A stretch of DNA of 64,000 nucleotides from Leucoraja erinacea (taxonomy: Eukaryota), in the NCBI RefSeq assembly GCF_028641065.1, contig NC_073378.1:87730001-87794000 (forward strand), given 5' to 3'. The notes beneath the pieces were generated by a model, which ran no database searches, was not told the DNA's origin, and saw only the letters and a list, made by a program, of their open reading frames with translations. Position numbers and translations under genes: made by a program. Below are positions 63,030-64,000 of this stretch, piece by piece. Each line of letters opens with the position of its first letter. Position 1 is the stretch's first letter.

Positions 63030-63285
63030 ATGGATAAGTGACATTTTGGGTTGGGTTTTTACTGATTGTAGTGGGGAAGCTAGAAAGCTGGAAGTGAGAA
63101 GGGTCAGGACAAGGCATGGTGAATGATAGGTGGAAGCAAGTGAGTGCAATTCTGCTAGGTAGATGGTTGGACAAAGGCCAGAGATGAGAAAACACAAAGT
63201 GTGAGTTGAGGACAGAAGCATTACAAATTCTGACGCTAGCGGAAGGAATATGGGTGAAAGGGGAGGCAATGGGAAGAAATATCTG
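63030..63285 (-). mobile_element. Degenerate Penelope 3' UTR / terminal repeat
   Basis: Similar to 56340-56600 (aaaggccagagatgagaa). Confidence 0.65.
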
Positions 63286-63914
63286 CAAAATGTTTTCTGA
63301 TTTAAGATAATACTGTCTTCAATAGAATGTCCTCAGAATGAAGCACAGGGCCATTTGTTCATAATTGTACTTCATTATCTATCTAAACAAGCACCTTGGT
63401 CACATATGAAACCGTGTCTGATGTCTCTTAAAAATCACTTTTGTCCTGATAAAGAGAAGGACACAGAGGATAATGAGAGAATGGATATTGGTGATGACAT
63501 AGGAAGAATGCAACTGCTTGTATCTTCCCCTTAGCTCCACCTATTGCATTTGAGTTTTTGATTGTATTTATGTATAATATAATCTGATCTGATTAGATAG
63601 CATGCAATTAAAAACTTTTTGGCTTTACCATGGCATACATGATAATTATATATCGAAACTTTAAACTTAAACCTCAGAAACACACCAAAATGTTCTGTAG
63701 GACAGATAATACCACATCAATCTTTCAATACTTTCCCCCAAACTACTGCACAACACGGCACCTTAAAAAGGCAGAAGGTCAGGCACGCTTTTGGTGGTCC
63801 AGGTATTTAAATATGATTGATAAGGTGCAGATTGACTTTAACTGTGTGCACAGTATTTTCATAAATTTGTTTCACTGCGTACAGGGTGGCTAGACAGAGA
63901 TCCAATGGAGAATT

Positions 63915-64000
63915 CCGGATGCTGGTATCTTGAGCAAAATACAACACAGTGGGCCAAACAGCATCTGATGAAGGAATAATAGATGACGTTTCGGATCAGA
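63915..64000 (-). mobile_element. Penelope terminal repeat running off the window edge
   Basis: gatgctgg..tcttgagcaaaa...cagcatctg...gatgacgtttcgg (reverse complement of the GAAACGTCA box). Confidence 0.7.

Overview
Eukaryotic, repeat-dense, apparently gene-free window (intergenic or deep intronic). The repeat inventory points to a cartilaginous fish, most likely a skate or ray (inference): CR1 LINEs with (TAGAAACA)n/(AGACAAT)n tails, HE1-type V-SINEs, Rex1/Babar LINEs and Neptune-type Penelope-like elements. I found no supportable host protein-coding exon; almost every ORF in the track is a decayed or antisense transposon frame. Content: about 20 CR1 fragments including a very young subfamily, three Rex1/Babar LINEs, an L1 3' fragment, a near-complete decayed Penelope-like element (RT + GIY-YIG), about ten dispersed Penelope terminal repeats carrying minimal hammerhead-ribozyme motifs, a non-autonomous Helitron family (one textbook copy, a head-to-tail array, two degenerate copies), Harbinger and hAT MITEs, a CORE-SINE and a truncated Tc1. 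Most interesting: a ~495-bp nested palindrome built around hammerhead units (29833-30327), the Helitron family, an unclassified TG...CA element with ~170-bp inverted termini (58275-59967), and several informative insertion junctions. Boundaries of old repeats are approximate (tens of bp), and family names come from motif recognition, not database searches.
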